Source: Candidatus Hydrogenedentota bacterium
GTDB taxonomy: Bacteria; UBA8481; J006
Assembly: GCA_003697085.1 (NCBI GenBank)
Contig: RFFU01000078.1
Coordinates: forward strand, 3,152-67,151
Length of the DNA: 64,000 nt
Direction: 5' to 3'
Shown here: positions 26,912 through 36,786 of the stretch, in pieces
How positions within the stretch are numbered: the first letter of the stretch is position 1
Layout: each line of letters starts with the position of its first letter
Translations under genes and position numbers: made by a program
Notes under the pieces: generated by a model
What the model was told of the DNA's origin: nothing
Databases searched by the model: none
Seen by the model: the letters and a program-made list of their open reading frames with translations, nothing else

Positions 26912-29194
26912 ATGAATACGAAGGAGACATTAGAGCCGGTCGAGTCGGAGGAGGCTCCGCCGATCATCGGTGAGAACCTCCCCCGCCCGGAAGGAATCCG
27001 AAAGGTTTGCGGGACGGCCCTTTACGCCGACGATCTGAAGTTCGACTCCTGCCTTTTCGGAAGAACGGTTCGTTCTCCCGCCCCGCGGGGCCGGGTGCGA
27101 CATATCGCCTTTGGAGAAGGAATTCCGTGGGACGAGTTCGTGATCGTTCTTCCCGACGACATTCCCGGCGAAAACGCAGTGACTCTCATCGAAAAAAGCC
27201 AGCCGTTTTTAGCGACCTCCGTTCGGCACATCGGGGAACCGGTGGCGCTTATTGCTCATCACGACCGGGCCCTTCTCAATAAGGCCTTGAAGGCGATCAC
27301 GGTGGAGATCGACGAGGAGCCGGCGATCTTCTCCATTGAGGAAGCCCTGGAGGGAAAGGAAATTCAGTACGGCCGGGATAATATCTTCAAAGAGTACCGC
27401 ATCACGCGCGGGAAACTTGAGGAGGCGTTCTCGGAAGCCGACCACGTCTTGGAAGGGGTGTACGAAACCGGTGCCCAAGAACAGCTCTACATCGAGCCCC
27501 AGGGTGTTATCGCTCGTGCGGACCCGAAGGGGGAAGTGACGATCTGGGGATCGATCCAATGTCCGTTCTATGTTCAGAAGGCCTTGGCTCCTCTCTTCGC
27601 TCTTTCGCCGGAAAAGGTCCGGGTCATTCAGACGGAAACGGGAGGAGGTTTCGGAGGAAAGGAGGAGTATCCCAATCTTCTTTCGGGACATGCGGCCCTG
27701 TTATCTTACAGGGCGGGGGGGGCGGTTGTTCGTATGATCTATGACCGCCGCGAGGACCTTTTTGTCACGCCCAAGCGTCATCCCTCCAGGACCCGCATCA
27801 AATCGGCCTTTCGAAAGGATGGAACCTTCCTGGGGTTGGAAGTCGACTTTGTTCTCGACGGCGGCGCGTATCCCACGTTGAGTTCGACGGTTCTTTCCCG
27901 CGGCATTCTTCATTCCTTCGGCCCGTATCGAATTCCGCACGCCGATCTTCGGGCCCGCGTGGTTTTCACGAATTCGACACCTTACGGTGCCTTCCGCGGT
28001 TTCGGCGCCCCGCAGTCCATCTTTGCTCTGGAACTTCATCTCGATCGCGTCGCCCACGAACTCGGCCTCGATCCCGCCGAGTTGCGTCGAAGGAATTTCG
28101 TGAAGAAGGGGGACACCTTTCCGACGGGGCAGGTCATAAAAGAAGAGATTGACCTTGCTCTTTTGATGGACACGGCTTTGAAGAAAGCGGACTACGCGCG
28201 AAAGAGAAAGGCCTACGAGGAGGAAAACCGAAAGAATCCTCGTGTGAAGCGTGGAATTTCCCTCAGCGTCTTCTTTCACGGAAGCGGTTTTACGGGAAGC
28301 GGCGAGGTGATGTTGGGGTCGAAGGCCGCTGTACGGCTTCTCAAGGACGGAAGTGTCGAGGTTCTTTCGGCGAACGTTGAGTTTGGTCAAGGAACCAACG
28401 CCATGTTCACTCAGATCACCGCGGCCATTCTGGGAATCCCCCCCGAGTGGGTTCGGATTCATCAACCGGACACGGCGGTCGTGCCGAACAGTGGTCCGAC
28501 GGTGGCTTCCCGAACGACGATGATCGTAGGACGATTGGTCGAACGCGCCGCAAGGCGTCTTCGGGAACGCGTTCTCGAGGAAGGCGGTCTTTCGCAAGGG
28601 TACACGGGAGAGGAGTTCCGAGAGACGGCGAAGCGTTTGGCGGCGCGAGAGGAGTTTCGCGAGGAAGCGCAATACGTTCCTCCCCCCGATGTCCACTGGG
28701 ACGAACAGCGGTATCAGGGCGAGGCCTACAGCGGTTACTCGTGGAGTTGCGACGTGGCGGATGTTGAGGTGGATATGACCACTTTTCAAGCCGAAGTGAA
28801 ACATTTCGTTTCGGTTGTCGAATGCGGTACGGTTGTCAATCCGATCATCGCGGCGGGGCAGATCGAAGGCGGGATCGCCCAGAGCATCGGATATGCGCTT
28901 TATGAAGACGTTCATACCGAACGAGGTGTGATGGTGAACAACCAGTACACGAATTACATCATTCCCACTACGGCCGACATCCCCTCGATCGAGGTTTCCT
29001 TCATCCGCTTCCCCCTCTGCAATTATGGGCCCTTCGCCGCAAAGGGAATCGGAGAACTTCCGGCGGATGGTCCTGCTCCGGCCGTCGCAGCCGCGGTTGC
29101 TCATGCCTTGGGATATCGTTACATCAACAAAATTCCGTTATTGCCGGAGCGAATCGCCGCGGTTGTCTTGGAAGAAGAGGAGACGGCGGCGTGA
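26912..29194 (+). CDS. Xanthine dehydrogenase/aldehyde oxidase family molybdopterin-binding large subunit
   Basis: A 760-aa protein. Motifs seen: ETGGGFGGKEEY and a C-terminal AAKGIGELPADGPAPAVAAAVAHA. Confidence 0.9.
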   Translation: MNTKETLEPVESEEAPPIIGENLPRPEGIRKVCGTALYADDLKFDSCLFGRTVRSPAPRGRVRHIAFGEGIPWDEFVIVLPDDIPGENAVTLIEKSQPFLATSVRHIGEPVALIAHHDRALLNKALKAITVEIDEEPAIFSIEEALEGKEIQYGRDNIFKEYRITRGKLEEAFSEADHVLEGVYETGAQEQLYIEPQGVIARADPKGEVTIWGSIQCPFYVQKALAPLFALSPEKVRVIQTETGGGFGGKEEYPNLLSGHAALLSYRAGGAVVRMIYDRREDLFVTPKRHPSRTRIKSAFRKDGTFLGLEVDFVLDGGAYPTLSSTVLSRGILHSFGPYRIPHADLRARVVFTNSTPYGAFRGFGAPQSIFALELHLDRVAHELGLDPAELRRRNFVKKGDTFPTGQVIKEEIDLALLMDTALKKADYARKRKAYEEENRKNPRVKRGISLSVFFHGSGFTGSGEVMLGSKAAVRLLKDGSVEVLSANVEFGQGTNAMFTQITAAILGIPPEWVRIHQPDTAVVPNSGPTVASRTTMIVGRLVERAARRLRERVLEEGGLSQGYTGEEFRETAKRLAAREEFREEAQYVPPPDVHWDEQRYQGEAYSGYSWSCDVADVEVDMTTFQAEVKHFVSVVECGTVVNPIIAAGQIEGGIAQSIGYALYEDVHTERGVMVNNQYTNYIIPTTADIPSIEVSFIRFPLCNYGPFAAKGIGELPADGPAPAVAAAVAHALGYRYINKIPLLPERIAAVVLEEEETAA

Positions 29195-29682
29195 CGGAAC
29201 CGCTCGATCGGATGACGTTGACTCTGACGGTCAACGGTCGCACGATAAAGGTGGCCGTTCATCCGATGGCCCGCCTGCTCGATATCCTTCGTGAGGAGAT
29301 CGGTTTGACGGGAACGAAGGAGGGATGCGGCGAAGGGGAATGCGGGGCCTGCACCGTTTTGATGAATGGAGTGCCTGTCTTGGCCTGTCTCACTCCGGCT
29401 TGCCAAGTGGATGGGGCCGAAGTGGTTACCGTGGAGGGTTTGGCGAAAGAGACGCTTCATCCGATCCAACAGGCCTTTCTCGAGGAAGGCGGAGCCCAGT
29501 GCGGAATCTGCACTCCGGGGATGCTTATCAGCGCGTTCTATTATCTCGAGCACCCCGAATGCGCGGAGAATCTCCGGGAAGCCTTGGCGGGAAATCAGTG
29601 CCGGTGCACCGGATACACGAAAATCTTTTCCTCTGTCCGAAAGGCCGCGGAGCGTTTGGGAAAGACGATACCGGAGGTTTAG
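29191..29682 (+). CDS. (2Fe-2S)-binding small subunit of the molybdenum hydroxylase
   Basis: Motifs seen: GCGEGECGACTVLMNG, QCGICTPGMLIS and GNQCRCTGY. The GTG start overlaps the upstream stop (GTGA). Confidence 0.92.
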   Translation: MTEPLDRMTLTLTVNGRTIKVAVHPMARLLDILREEIGLTGTKEGCGEGECGACTVLMNGVPVLACLTPACQVDGAEVVTVEGLAKETLHPIQQAFLEEGGAQCGICTPGMLISAFYYLEHPECAENLREALAGNQCRCTGYTKIFSSVRKAAERLGKTIPEV

Positions 29683-29685
29683 CCC

Positions 29686-30561
29686 GTGCCGGAAGCCTCA
29701 TTGCTCGATTTCTCCGTTTTTAATCCGCGGCGGCTCGACGAAGCGCTGTCTCTGTTGGCCGAAGAGGAGAACGTCGTTCCTCTGGCCGGCGGAACGGATC
29801 TGATGGTGACGTTGGAGACCGGTAATTTATCTCCGTGTCGTTTTCTCAATCTGATGGGAATCGCGGAATTTCAGGAGCCTTTCTCGTGGTGCGATGGAAA
29901 ATTACGGATGTCGCCGCTTTGTTCTTACCGCGATACCCGTATCGACAAGGATGTTGCGACTCGATACCCGTTGTTGGTTCGAGCGGCCCGCGAAGTGGGA
30001 GTCCTGGCGATCCAGTCCCGCGGAACTTGGGCTGGAAATATCGTGAATGCAAGTCCGGCTGCGGATGGTGTACCGGTTCTTATGGTCTATGATGCGGAGG
30101 TTGAGTTGCGAAGCACGAGCGGAACGCGAACGGTTCCCCTTTGTGATTTCTACCGTGGTTACAAGGAGATGGACCGTGCTTCCGACGAACTCGTGACCGG
30201 CATAATACTGCCCCCGCCACCGGAGGATCGAATCGAATACTTCCGAAAGGTCGCCCCACGCCGGTTGCAAGCGATCACGAAGGTTCTCCTTACCGGATAT
30301 CTTCTCCGCTCGGACGACCGAATAGAAGACTGCCGGATCGTTCTTGGAAGCGTGGCGCCGTTTACGTTGCGCGCGCGTGAGACGGAATCGATTTTGCGCG
30401 GAAGTGTTCTTGATTCGGAAACGATCAAAGCGGCGCGAGCCGCGCTTCAAGGGGAGATTTCCCCCATTGATGACATTCGTTCCACGGCGATGTACCGTCG
30501 GAATGTCGCGGAACGTCTCCTGGACGAATTCCTCCTTTCTGCTTCGCCCGAATCCCATTGA
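29686..30561 (+). CDS. FAD-binding (CoxM/XdhB-like) medium subunit
   Basis: It contains VVPLAGGTDLMV. The protein is 291 aa, and its GTG start lies 3 nt after the small-subunit stop. Confidence 0.88.
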   Translation: MPEASLLDFSVFNPRRLDEALSLLAEEENVVPLAGGTDLMVTLETGNLSPCRFLNLMGIAEFQEPFSWCDGKLRMSPLCSYRDTRIDKDVATRYPLLVRAAREVGVLAIQSRGTWAGNIVNASPAADGVPVLMVYDAEVELRSTSGTRTVPLCDFYRGYKEMDRASDELVTGIILPPPPEDRIEYFRKVAPRRLQAITKVLLTGYLLRSDDRIEDCRIVLGSVAPFTLRARETESILRGSVLDSETIKAARAALQGEISPIDDIRSTAMYRRNVAERLLDEFLLSASPESH

Positions 30562-31607
30562 AGGACACCTCGCTTTCGAACTCCTCCGCCGAAGAAGCCG
30601 TCGGCCCCTTTCTGAAGGCGGGAATCATCGGGCTCGGGGTCGGAGAACGGCACATCGCCGGGTACGAGGCCCATCCTCAATGTCGGGTTACGGTCCTTTG
30701 CGACCTCAATGAAGAGGCCCTCCGTTCCTGCGGGAAACGCCATCCGGGAAGACGTCTCACAACGCGGCCGGAAGACGTTCTCGACGATCCCTCCCTCGAT
30801 ATCATTTCCGTCGCGGGTTACGATGATTCCCATGCGGCGCAGGTTATTGCTGCATTGGAGAGGGGCAAACATGTCTTTGTGGAAAAGCCGCTTTGTCTGA
30901 GCCGCGAGGAAGCGGATTCCATCCGGAAGGCTTGGAAAAGATCCGGAAAACGATTTTCATCAAATCTGATTCTCAGGCTCTCCCCGCGATTCCAAGCGCT
31001 ACGCGAGAGAATCGCATCAGGCCTCTTCGGAAATCTCTATTATGTGGAGGGAGATTACAACTACGGAAGAATCTGGAAGATCACGGAGGGGTGGAGGGGG
31101 AGGCTGCCCTTCTATTCCGTTGTTTACGGTGGCGGAGTTCATATCGTTGATCTTCTCGTCTTCCTTACGGGCCGGAAGATCCGATCGGTCGTTGCGCGTG
31201 GCAACAAGATCTGTACGGCAAACACGAGATTTCGATACAACGACTTCAATGTGGCTCTTTTGGATTTCGAAGATGGAATGATCGGAAAGGTCTCTTCCAA
31301 TTTCGGTTGTGTTCTTCCGCACTTCCATCAGATTCAGATCTACGGAACGAAACGAACCTTTCTTCAGACCGCGGCGGGCACGCGAGAATACGATTCACGG
31401 GAGCCGAATGATTCCGGTCATGAAGTCTCGGAGGCGTATCCGGGAATCGAGAAGGGGGATTTGCTTTACAATTTCGTCGAGGCCGTGTTGAATAGAGCCC
31501 CTTTATTGATTTCCGAAGAGGAAGTCTTTGACGCAATGGCTGTCTGTTTTGCGATCGAGGAATCGGCCCGTGAGGGCAAGGCGGTTGAGATTTCCGCTAT
31601 TCGTTGA
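30558..31607 (+). CDS. Gfo/Idh/MocA-family NAD(P)-dependent oxidoreductase
   Basis: Motifs seen: KAGIIGLGVGERHIAGY and VFVEKPL (the EKP motif). The TTG start overlaps the FAD-subunit stop (TTGA). Confidence 0.85.
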   Translation: MKDTSLSNSSAEEAVGPFLKAGIIGLGVGERHIAGYEAHPQCRVTVLCDLNEEALRSCGKRHPGRRLTTRPEDVLDDPSLDIISVAGYDDSHAAQVIAALERGKHVFVEKPLCLSREEADSIRKAWKRSGKRFSSNLILRLSPRFQALRERIASGLFGNLYYVEGDYNYGRIWKITEGWRGRLPFYSVVYGGGVHIVDLLVFLTGRKIRSVVARGNKICTANTRFRYNDFNVALLDFEDGMIGKVSSNFGCVLPHFHQIQIYGTKRTFLQTAAGTREYDSREPNDSGHEVSEAYPGIEKGDLLYNFVEAVLNRAPLLISEEEVFDAMAVCFAIEESAREGKAVEISAIR

Positions 31608-31630
31608 TTGAAAGGAATCGCGACGGGAAA

Positions 31631-32653
31631 ATGGAAGAGTTCGAGAAAAAGAGGATCGCCCTGATCGGCGGTGCGGGATTCATAGGGCACCATTTGGCCT
31701 TGGCTCTGAAAGAAGAAGGGGCGGAGGTGTTTGTTTTGGACAGCCTCCAGGTCAATAATATTCTCGCCTTCACCGTCACCGATGATATTCCCAACAAGGA
31801 CCTCTACCTTTCGATTCTGAATTCCCGGCTCGACCTCCTCAGGGAAGCGGGCATTCCTCTCTATATTCAGGACGCTCGGGACTATCACACACTTTCCAAA
31901 CTTCTCGGTGCCATCGATCCTGATACCATCATTCATCTCGCGGCCGTCGCTCACGCAGGCAAATCAAACAAAGATCCTTACAGTACATTCGACCACAGCC
32001 TGAGAACGTTGGAAAATGCACTGGATTTCGCTCGAGGCGAAAACATGAATGTTTCGCATTTCATCTATTTCTCCTCGAGTATGGTTTATGGACATTTTCC
32101 GTCGGGCGAGGTTACGGAGGAAACACCGTGCAACCCCTTGGGCATTTACGGGGCCCTGAAATTCGCGGGAGAAAAGATCGTGATCGCATACAATCAGGTG
32201 TTCGGCTTGCCATACACAATCGTTCGTCCATCGGCTCTGTATGGGGAACGTTGCGTCAGCCGACGCGTGGGACAAATCTTCATCGAAAACGCGATGAGAG
32301 GACTCGATATCTCGGTAAACGGGGATGGAAATGACAGATTGGACTTCACGTATATCGGAGATCTCGTGGAAGGAATTAAATGCGTGCTCCGTTCCCCCGC
32401 CTCGCGGAACGAAATCTTCAATCTCACTTATGGCGAATCGCGGACGATCGGACAGATGGCGAACATCTTGCGGAAACACTTTCCGAATGTCGAGATCCGA
32501 TACCTTCCGAAGGATGAACTGACGCCGGACAGGGGGACGCTGAGCGTCGAAAAAGCGCGAAAATTGATCGGTTACGAACCCAAGTATCCGTTGGAGCGGG
32601 GATTCCCGGAATACATTCGTTGGTACCGCTCGATTTGGCCTGAAAGAAAATAA
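31631..32653 (+). CDS. NAD-dependent epimerase/dehydratase (extended SDR, nucleotide-sugar type)
   Basis: Motifs seen: IALIGGAGFIGHHLA and YGALKFAGE (YxxxK). An alternative TTG start at 31604 would overlap the upstream stop. Confidence 0.88.
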   Translation: MEEFEKKRIALIGGAGFIGHHLALALKEEGAEVFVLDSLQVNNILAFTVTDDIPNKDLYLSILNSRLDLLREAGIPLYIQDARDYHTLSKLLGAIDPDTIIHLAAVAHAGKSNKDPYSTFDHSLRTLENALDFARGENMNVSHFIYFSSSMVYGHFPSGEVTEETPCNPLGIYGALKFAGEKIVIAYNQVFGLPYTIVRPSALYGERCVSRRVGQIFIENAMRGLDISVNGDGNDRLDFTYIGDLVEGIKCVLRSPASRNEIFNLTYGESRTIGQMANILRKHFPNVEIRYLPKDELTPDRGTLSVEKARKLIGYEPKYPLERGFPEYIRWYRSIWPERK

Positions 32654-32787
32654 GACCGGCGACTTTTTCACCAGAGGATGTGTTCCGACGGGAGATTTTT
32701 GTCACCTCCGAAGTTGCGAACGAAACCGCCGGCTTTTTCGAAAGGACAATGTTTTGTGGAAAAGAAAGAGTTTAGGGAGGAAAAAAA

Positions 32788-34596
32788 ATGAGAGCGATTC
32801 TGGGTATTCAAGAGGCTCACGATGCTTCAGCCGCCTTGATGGTGGACGGCCGTATCGTGGCGGCGGCTCAGGAGGAACGTTTCTCGGGCTTAAAAGGCGA
32901 CTATGGCTTTCCCCGCCAAGCCGTCGCGTATTGCTTGAGAGAAGCGGGGATCGATTCCTCGGACCTCGATGAGGTCGCGCTGGCTTCTCATTCTTGGAAC
33001 CCCGTCCTCACGAAGATCAAGAGGAACGCGAACTTTTCGGTCGAGGATTGGGTCAAGGAACAACACGACTACTGGTATCCCACGAAATACGAAAAGAAAA
33101 ATGTCGTCTACTACGATCTCTGGAAAGATCGGAAGGATTTTCGCTTCGACGATTTTTATCCGATGGAGGGCATCCTCCAGGGATATATGGACCCGGTGGA
33201 AATGGAGAAAATGAAGGAACTGAGACTTCAAACCGTGGCGGACTACCTTCGCCTGCCTCGGGAGCGTGTTCGTACGGTCACACACGAGGATTGCCATCGG
33301 TTCTACGCTTATTTTGGAAGCCCACTTCGTGGAGAAGTCCTTTCGTTGACCTCGGAGGGCATCGGAGATTATTCGAACGGCACGGTCGGTATCTTTTCCG
33401 AAAAGGGATTCCGCGAATTGGCCCACACGAAAGACAATCACATCGGACACATTTATCAATATGTAACGCTTCTTTTGGGAATGAAGCCCGCGCAACACGA
33501 GTACAAGGTTATGGGCTTGGCGCCGTACGCCAACGCGAGGGAACTCGAAAGGAGTTATCGCGTTTTCGAACGAGTGTTGAAGGTGGATGGATTGAAGATT
33601 GTCTTCGATCAGGAACCGCCCGACCTCTATTTTCACTTCCGAAAAGCGCTTGAAGGCCATCGTTTCGATGGAATCGCGGGAGCGGCGCAGAAGATGGTGG
33701 AGGAACTCCTTTGCGCTTGGGTGAGGAATTGTATTGCGGAAACCGGGTTGCACCGCGTAATCTTCTCCGGAGGGGTCGCCCAAAACATCAAGGCCGATAT
33801 GAAGATCGCTCAGATGGATGAAGTGGAGGACATCTTTGTCTGTCCCGCCGCCGGCGATACCTCTCTTCCTCTCGGGGCGTGCTACTTGGCGATGTGGGAA
33901 TTTTTAAAGAAGGAAGGGTTGAGCGCGGACCGGCTCCTCCCCCTCGACACGGCCTATCTCGGTCCCCAATTTACCGACGAAGAAACCCGAAGGGTCATCG
34001 AGGAGACGAAAGCGGCGGAACGGTACGATGTTCGGGAGCATGTCGCCCCGGCCGAAGTGGCCCGTTTGCTGGCGGAGGGGAAAATCATCGCGCGGTGCGC
34101 CGGTCGCATGGAATTCGGCCTGCGTGCCCTTGGAAATCGCTCGATTCTTGCCGACCCCCGCCATCCGCAAACCGTGCGAAAGATCAATGAAGCGATCAAG
34201 TTTCGGGATTTTTGGATGCCGTTTACTCCCTCGATTTTGGCGGAGCGGGAGAGCGAATACATCGTGAATCCGAAAGGTTTGAAGGCCCCTTTTATGACGA
34301 TGGCCTTTGATTCCACCGCCCGAGCACGACGGGAGCTTCCGGCGGCGTTGCATCCCGCCGATGAAACCGCCCGACCGCAAAGCCTCGAAAAACGACACAA
34401 TCCGATCTACCACGCGATTATTTCGGAATTCGAGAAGATAACCGGAGTCGGAGGGATCTTGAATACGAGTTTCAATTTGCACGGATATCCGATCGTGCTC
34501 GGCCCGAAGGAAGCCCTCTTCACCTTGGACAATTCCGAACTCGACGGCGTCCTTCTCGGAGACATCTTGGTCAGCCGGCGCGCTCCGATGTCCTGA
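32788..34596 (+). CDS. NodU/CmcH-family carbamoyltransferase
   Basis: The N-terminus is MRAILGIQEAHDASAALMVDGRIVAAAQEERFSGLK. The protein is 602 aa, and GGGAGG precedes the ATG. Confidence 0.9.
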   Translation: MRAILGIQEAHDASAALMVDGRIVAAAQEERFSGLKGDYGFPRQAVAYCLREAGIDSSDLDEVALASHSWNPVLTKIKRNANFSVEDWVKEQHDYWYPTKYEKKNVVYYDLWKDRKDFRFDDFYPMEGILQGYMDPVEMEKMKELRLQTVADYLRLPRERVRTVTHEDCHRFYAYFGSPLRGEVLSLTSEGIGDYSNGTVGIFSEKGFRELAHTKDNHIGHIYQYVTLLLGMKPAQHEYKVMGLAPYANARELERSYRVFERVLKVDGLKIVFDQEPPDLYFHFRKALEGHRFDGIAGAAQKMVEELLCAWVRNCIAETGLHRVIFSGGVAQNIKADMKIAQMDEVEDIFVCPAAGDTSLPLGACYLAMWEFLKKEGLSADRLLPLDTAYLGPQFTDEETRRVIEETKAAERYDVREHVAPAEVARLLAEGKIIARCAGRMEFGLRALGNRSILADPRHPQTVRKINEAIKFRDFWMPFTPSILAERESEYIVNPKGLKAPFMTMAFDSTARARRELPAALHPADETARPQSLEKRHNPIYHAIISEFEKITGVGGILNTSFNLHGYPIVLGPKEALFTLDNSELDGVLLGDILVSRRAPMS

Positions 34597-34822
34597 AATT
34601 CGGTGCACGGAGCATTATCGGCTGAAGCGCGAAACAATTCCATTAGGCGGAATTGTTCGGGCCGGCTTCGGATTCCGCTCTTCGATGATGATTTTGCGGT
34701 CTAGAGAATCCACGATCGATTTTTCGGTCCAGGGGGGGCACGGTCGGCCGTGCGCTCTTACGGAGATTGGATCGAGGCGTGAATCGAAGGAAGTGAAATT
34801 TACCACTCGGTATTCCTCCGCT

Positions 34823-35470
34823 TCAAGGTCCGATGCGTGAAGCAAGAAACCGCCGGTAATCCTCGGGCGTGTCGATGTCACGGGGCTGGCGCCCCTCGAT
34901 TCGAACCCTCTCAACCATTGCTGGTTTCTCCCGGATAATCGTTTTCAAGCCTTGCGGAAGGGAATCGTCGAGCAAAGTGTAGAGCGACCGGGTGATGAGA
35001 ACGGGATGACCGTATCCGTCGTCGTATTCCGGGAGAAGTATTCCGACACCGTCGGCTGTTTCGTATTGCAACATCGTCTTGATCGCGTCCGGCCGGATGG
35101 TCGGCACATCAACCAGCGAAATCAGAAGACGCTCTCTGTCGGAGAACGCTTCCCGGGCCCGGCGGATTGATTCGATCATTTCCGCCTCAGGAACGGGATT
35201 GATAATGATCAACAGTCCAAGTCGCTTTTCCTCGTTCAACCTCGAAACCGTCACCTCGTCCGAAGGATTGACGACAACGCCGATCGTTTCGATACCGGCT
35301 TTGCGGAAGACGAGTGTGATTTTTTCCAGAAAGGTTCGCGAAGGTCCTTCCTCGGAAGAGGGGATCTCGAGCGAAAATTTCGGGCGTCCCATTCGGCGGG
35401 ACCGTCCCGCGGCAAGTATAACTCCGGCTGTTATTCTGGAATCGGGCATTGGTGATAGCAATTCCTCCAA
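34823..35470 (-). CDS. MobA/MocA-like molybdenum cofactor nucleotidyltransferase
   Basis: It contains GVILAAGRSRRMGRPKFSL. It is convergent with the hydroxylase/sugar operon. Confidence 0.8.
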   Translation of the reverse strand: MEELLSPMPDSRITAGVILAAGRSRRMGRPKFSLEIPSSEEGPSRTFLEKITLVFRKAGIETIGVVVNPSDEVTVSRLNEEKRLGLLIIINPVPEAEMIESIRRAREAFSDRERLLISLVDVPTIRPDAIKTMLQYETADGVGILLPEYDDGYGHPVLITRSLYTLLDDSLPQGLKTIIREKPAMVERVRIEGRQPRDIDTPEDYRRFLASRIGP

Positions 35471-35591
35471 CCGCGGGCATTATGTCCGAATAAGGAAACA
35501 ACACAAGGCGGGGAAAGAGAGAAACCGAATTTTTGCAGGCCTCCGATCGGAAGCAGTGCAACCTCCGGACGAAGTGTCAAAAAGTCGCGGC

Positions 35592-35639
35592 GGTAAACAA
35601 TGCTGTTGCGCGGAAGGTAAACAATGCTGTTGCGCGGAA
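35592..35639. repeat. Perfect 24-bp tandem direct repeat x2 (GGTAAACAATGCTGTTGCGCGGAA), followed by a partial GG
   Basis: Read directly from the sequence. It lies in the divergent spacer between the mocA-like gene and the secreted-protein pair. Confidence 0.9.
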
Positions 35640-35676
35640 GGAAGAAGTCTGGGTATGATATCATCTGGCGTCCGGA

Positions 35677-36786
35677 ATGAGCACCGTTTCAAAAATCGAT
35701 TTCGCGTCTTCGATACGCTGTCTCTCATGGAAAAGATCGGGTTCGGGGGTGGACGACGGCACTGCTTCGCGGCGGAATACGAATTCGCCAGTGAAACAGA
35801 TTCTTTTCCTTTTTCTCGTGGTTCTCGCGTTGACGGGTTCGCCTCTGTTTCTTGGTTCGCCCGCCGCCGCTGCTGGAGCCGTGGTTCCGGCGGGCGCGCG
35901 CGCCGTGATCCCGCCGGATGCTCCCGGAGTGGTCGAGTTCCGGGTGGCCGGCGGTTCCATCGTCTGGGTAACGGCCGTCGGTGACGGTTTGGAAGGAATC
36001 GAGGCGAGTACGAAGGAGGCGAGGGTCTCTCGCAGCGGTACCAATCGCTGGCAGGAAGTTGTCTTACCCGTGGCGGAAGACGGGATCTTGCGCGTTCGAC
36101 TCCATCGCTCTGATGACCGTGGGGTCGTGACGGTCTGGACGTCCTACGGCGTCGGGAAGGTCGTTTCGCCGGCGGATGTAGGGGCCTTCCGGCGAAAAGT
36201 GATTTCCTCCGTCGGCGAGGAGGGAGAAGGAAATTCGCAAGAGAAGCCCCCTTCGGAATACCGCCCGAAGGAGAACGCGAAGGTTCAAGAGAGAAAACCT
36301 TCCTCCTCGACCACGACCGGGAGCAAGGAAGAAGAACAGCCGCGAAAGGAAGCCGTGAAACGAAAGGAAACTTCTCAGAGATCGGAATCGAGCGAAAACG
36401 AAACGGTTCCTCTCCAAAAAAAGGAAAGGGAGAAAAGCGAGGACCGCAGGGCGGCCCGGGCTCGGGAGATGAACGCCGAAATACTCGAACTCGGCCCGGT
36501 AACGATGGAGGCTCCCTTCAACGCGGTGGTCCCCTTAACCGTGGGATCCGGAGGCGAAATAACGGTAAAATTCTATGTTCCGAACAGAGTCCCGTTTCGC
36601 ATCACGATTTTGGGCGCGGATCTTTTCCGATTGAAATCGCTCCGAGGCTTTTTCGATAAGACAGTTTCCGTTTCCACCGAGGAAGGAACGGGAACACTTC
36701 TCGTAAATCCGCCGGACGATGAATATTACCTCCTTGCAGTGCGCGGCAGGGGTACGGTCCTGATGGCGACGGAGAGCCTGAAATGA
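35677..36786 (+). CDS. Hypothetical secreted protein: two beta-rich domains separated by a ~90-aa Lys/Glu/Ser-rich linker
   Basis: A likely real start is GTG 35791, giving MKQILFLFLVVLALTGSPLFLGSPAAAAGA (signal peptide). I recognise no family. Confidence 0.55.
   Translation: MSTVSKIDFASSIRCLSWKRSGSGVDDGTASRRNTNSPVKQILFLFLVVLALTGSPLFLGSPAAAAGAVVPAGARAVIPPDAPGVVEFRVAGGSIVWVTAVGDGLEGIEASTKEARVSRSGTNRWQEVVLPVAEDGILRVRLHRSDDRGVVTVWTSYGVGKVVSPADVGAFRRKVISSVGEEGEGNSQEKPPSEYRPKENAKVQERKPSSSTTTGSKEEEQPRKEAVKRKETSQRSESSENETVPLQKKEREKSEDRRAARAREMNAEILELGPVTMEAPFNAVVPLTVGSGGEITVKFYVPNRVPFRITILGADLFRLKSLRGFFDKTVSVSTEEGTGTLLVNPPDDEYYLLAVRGRGTVLMATESLK

Noticed and set aside
27701-29104. A 467-aa ORF on the minus strand
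   Set aside because: It lies entirely antisense to the well-supported molybdopterin-binding large subunit. It has an Arg/Gly/Pro/Ser-rich composition with no motifs, which is a typical shadow ORF of GC-rich DNA.
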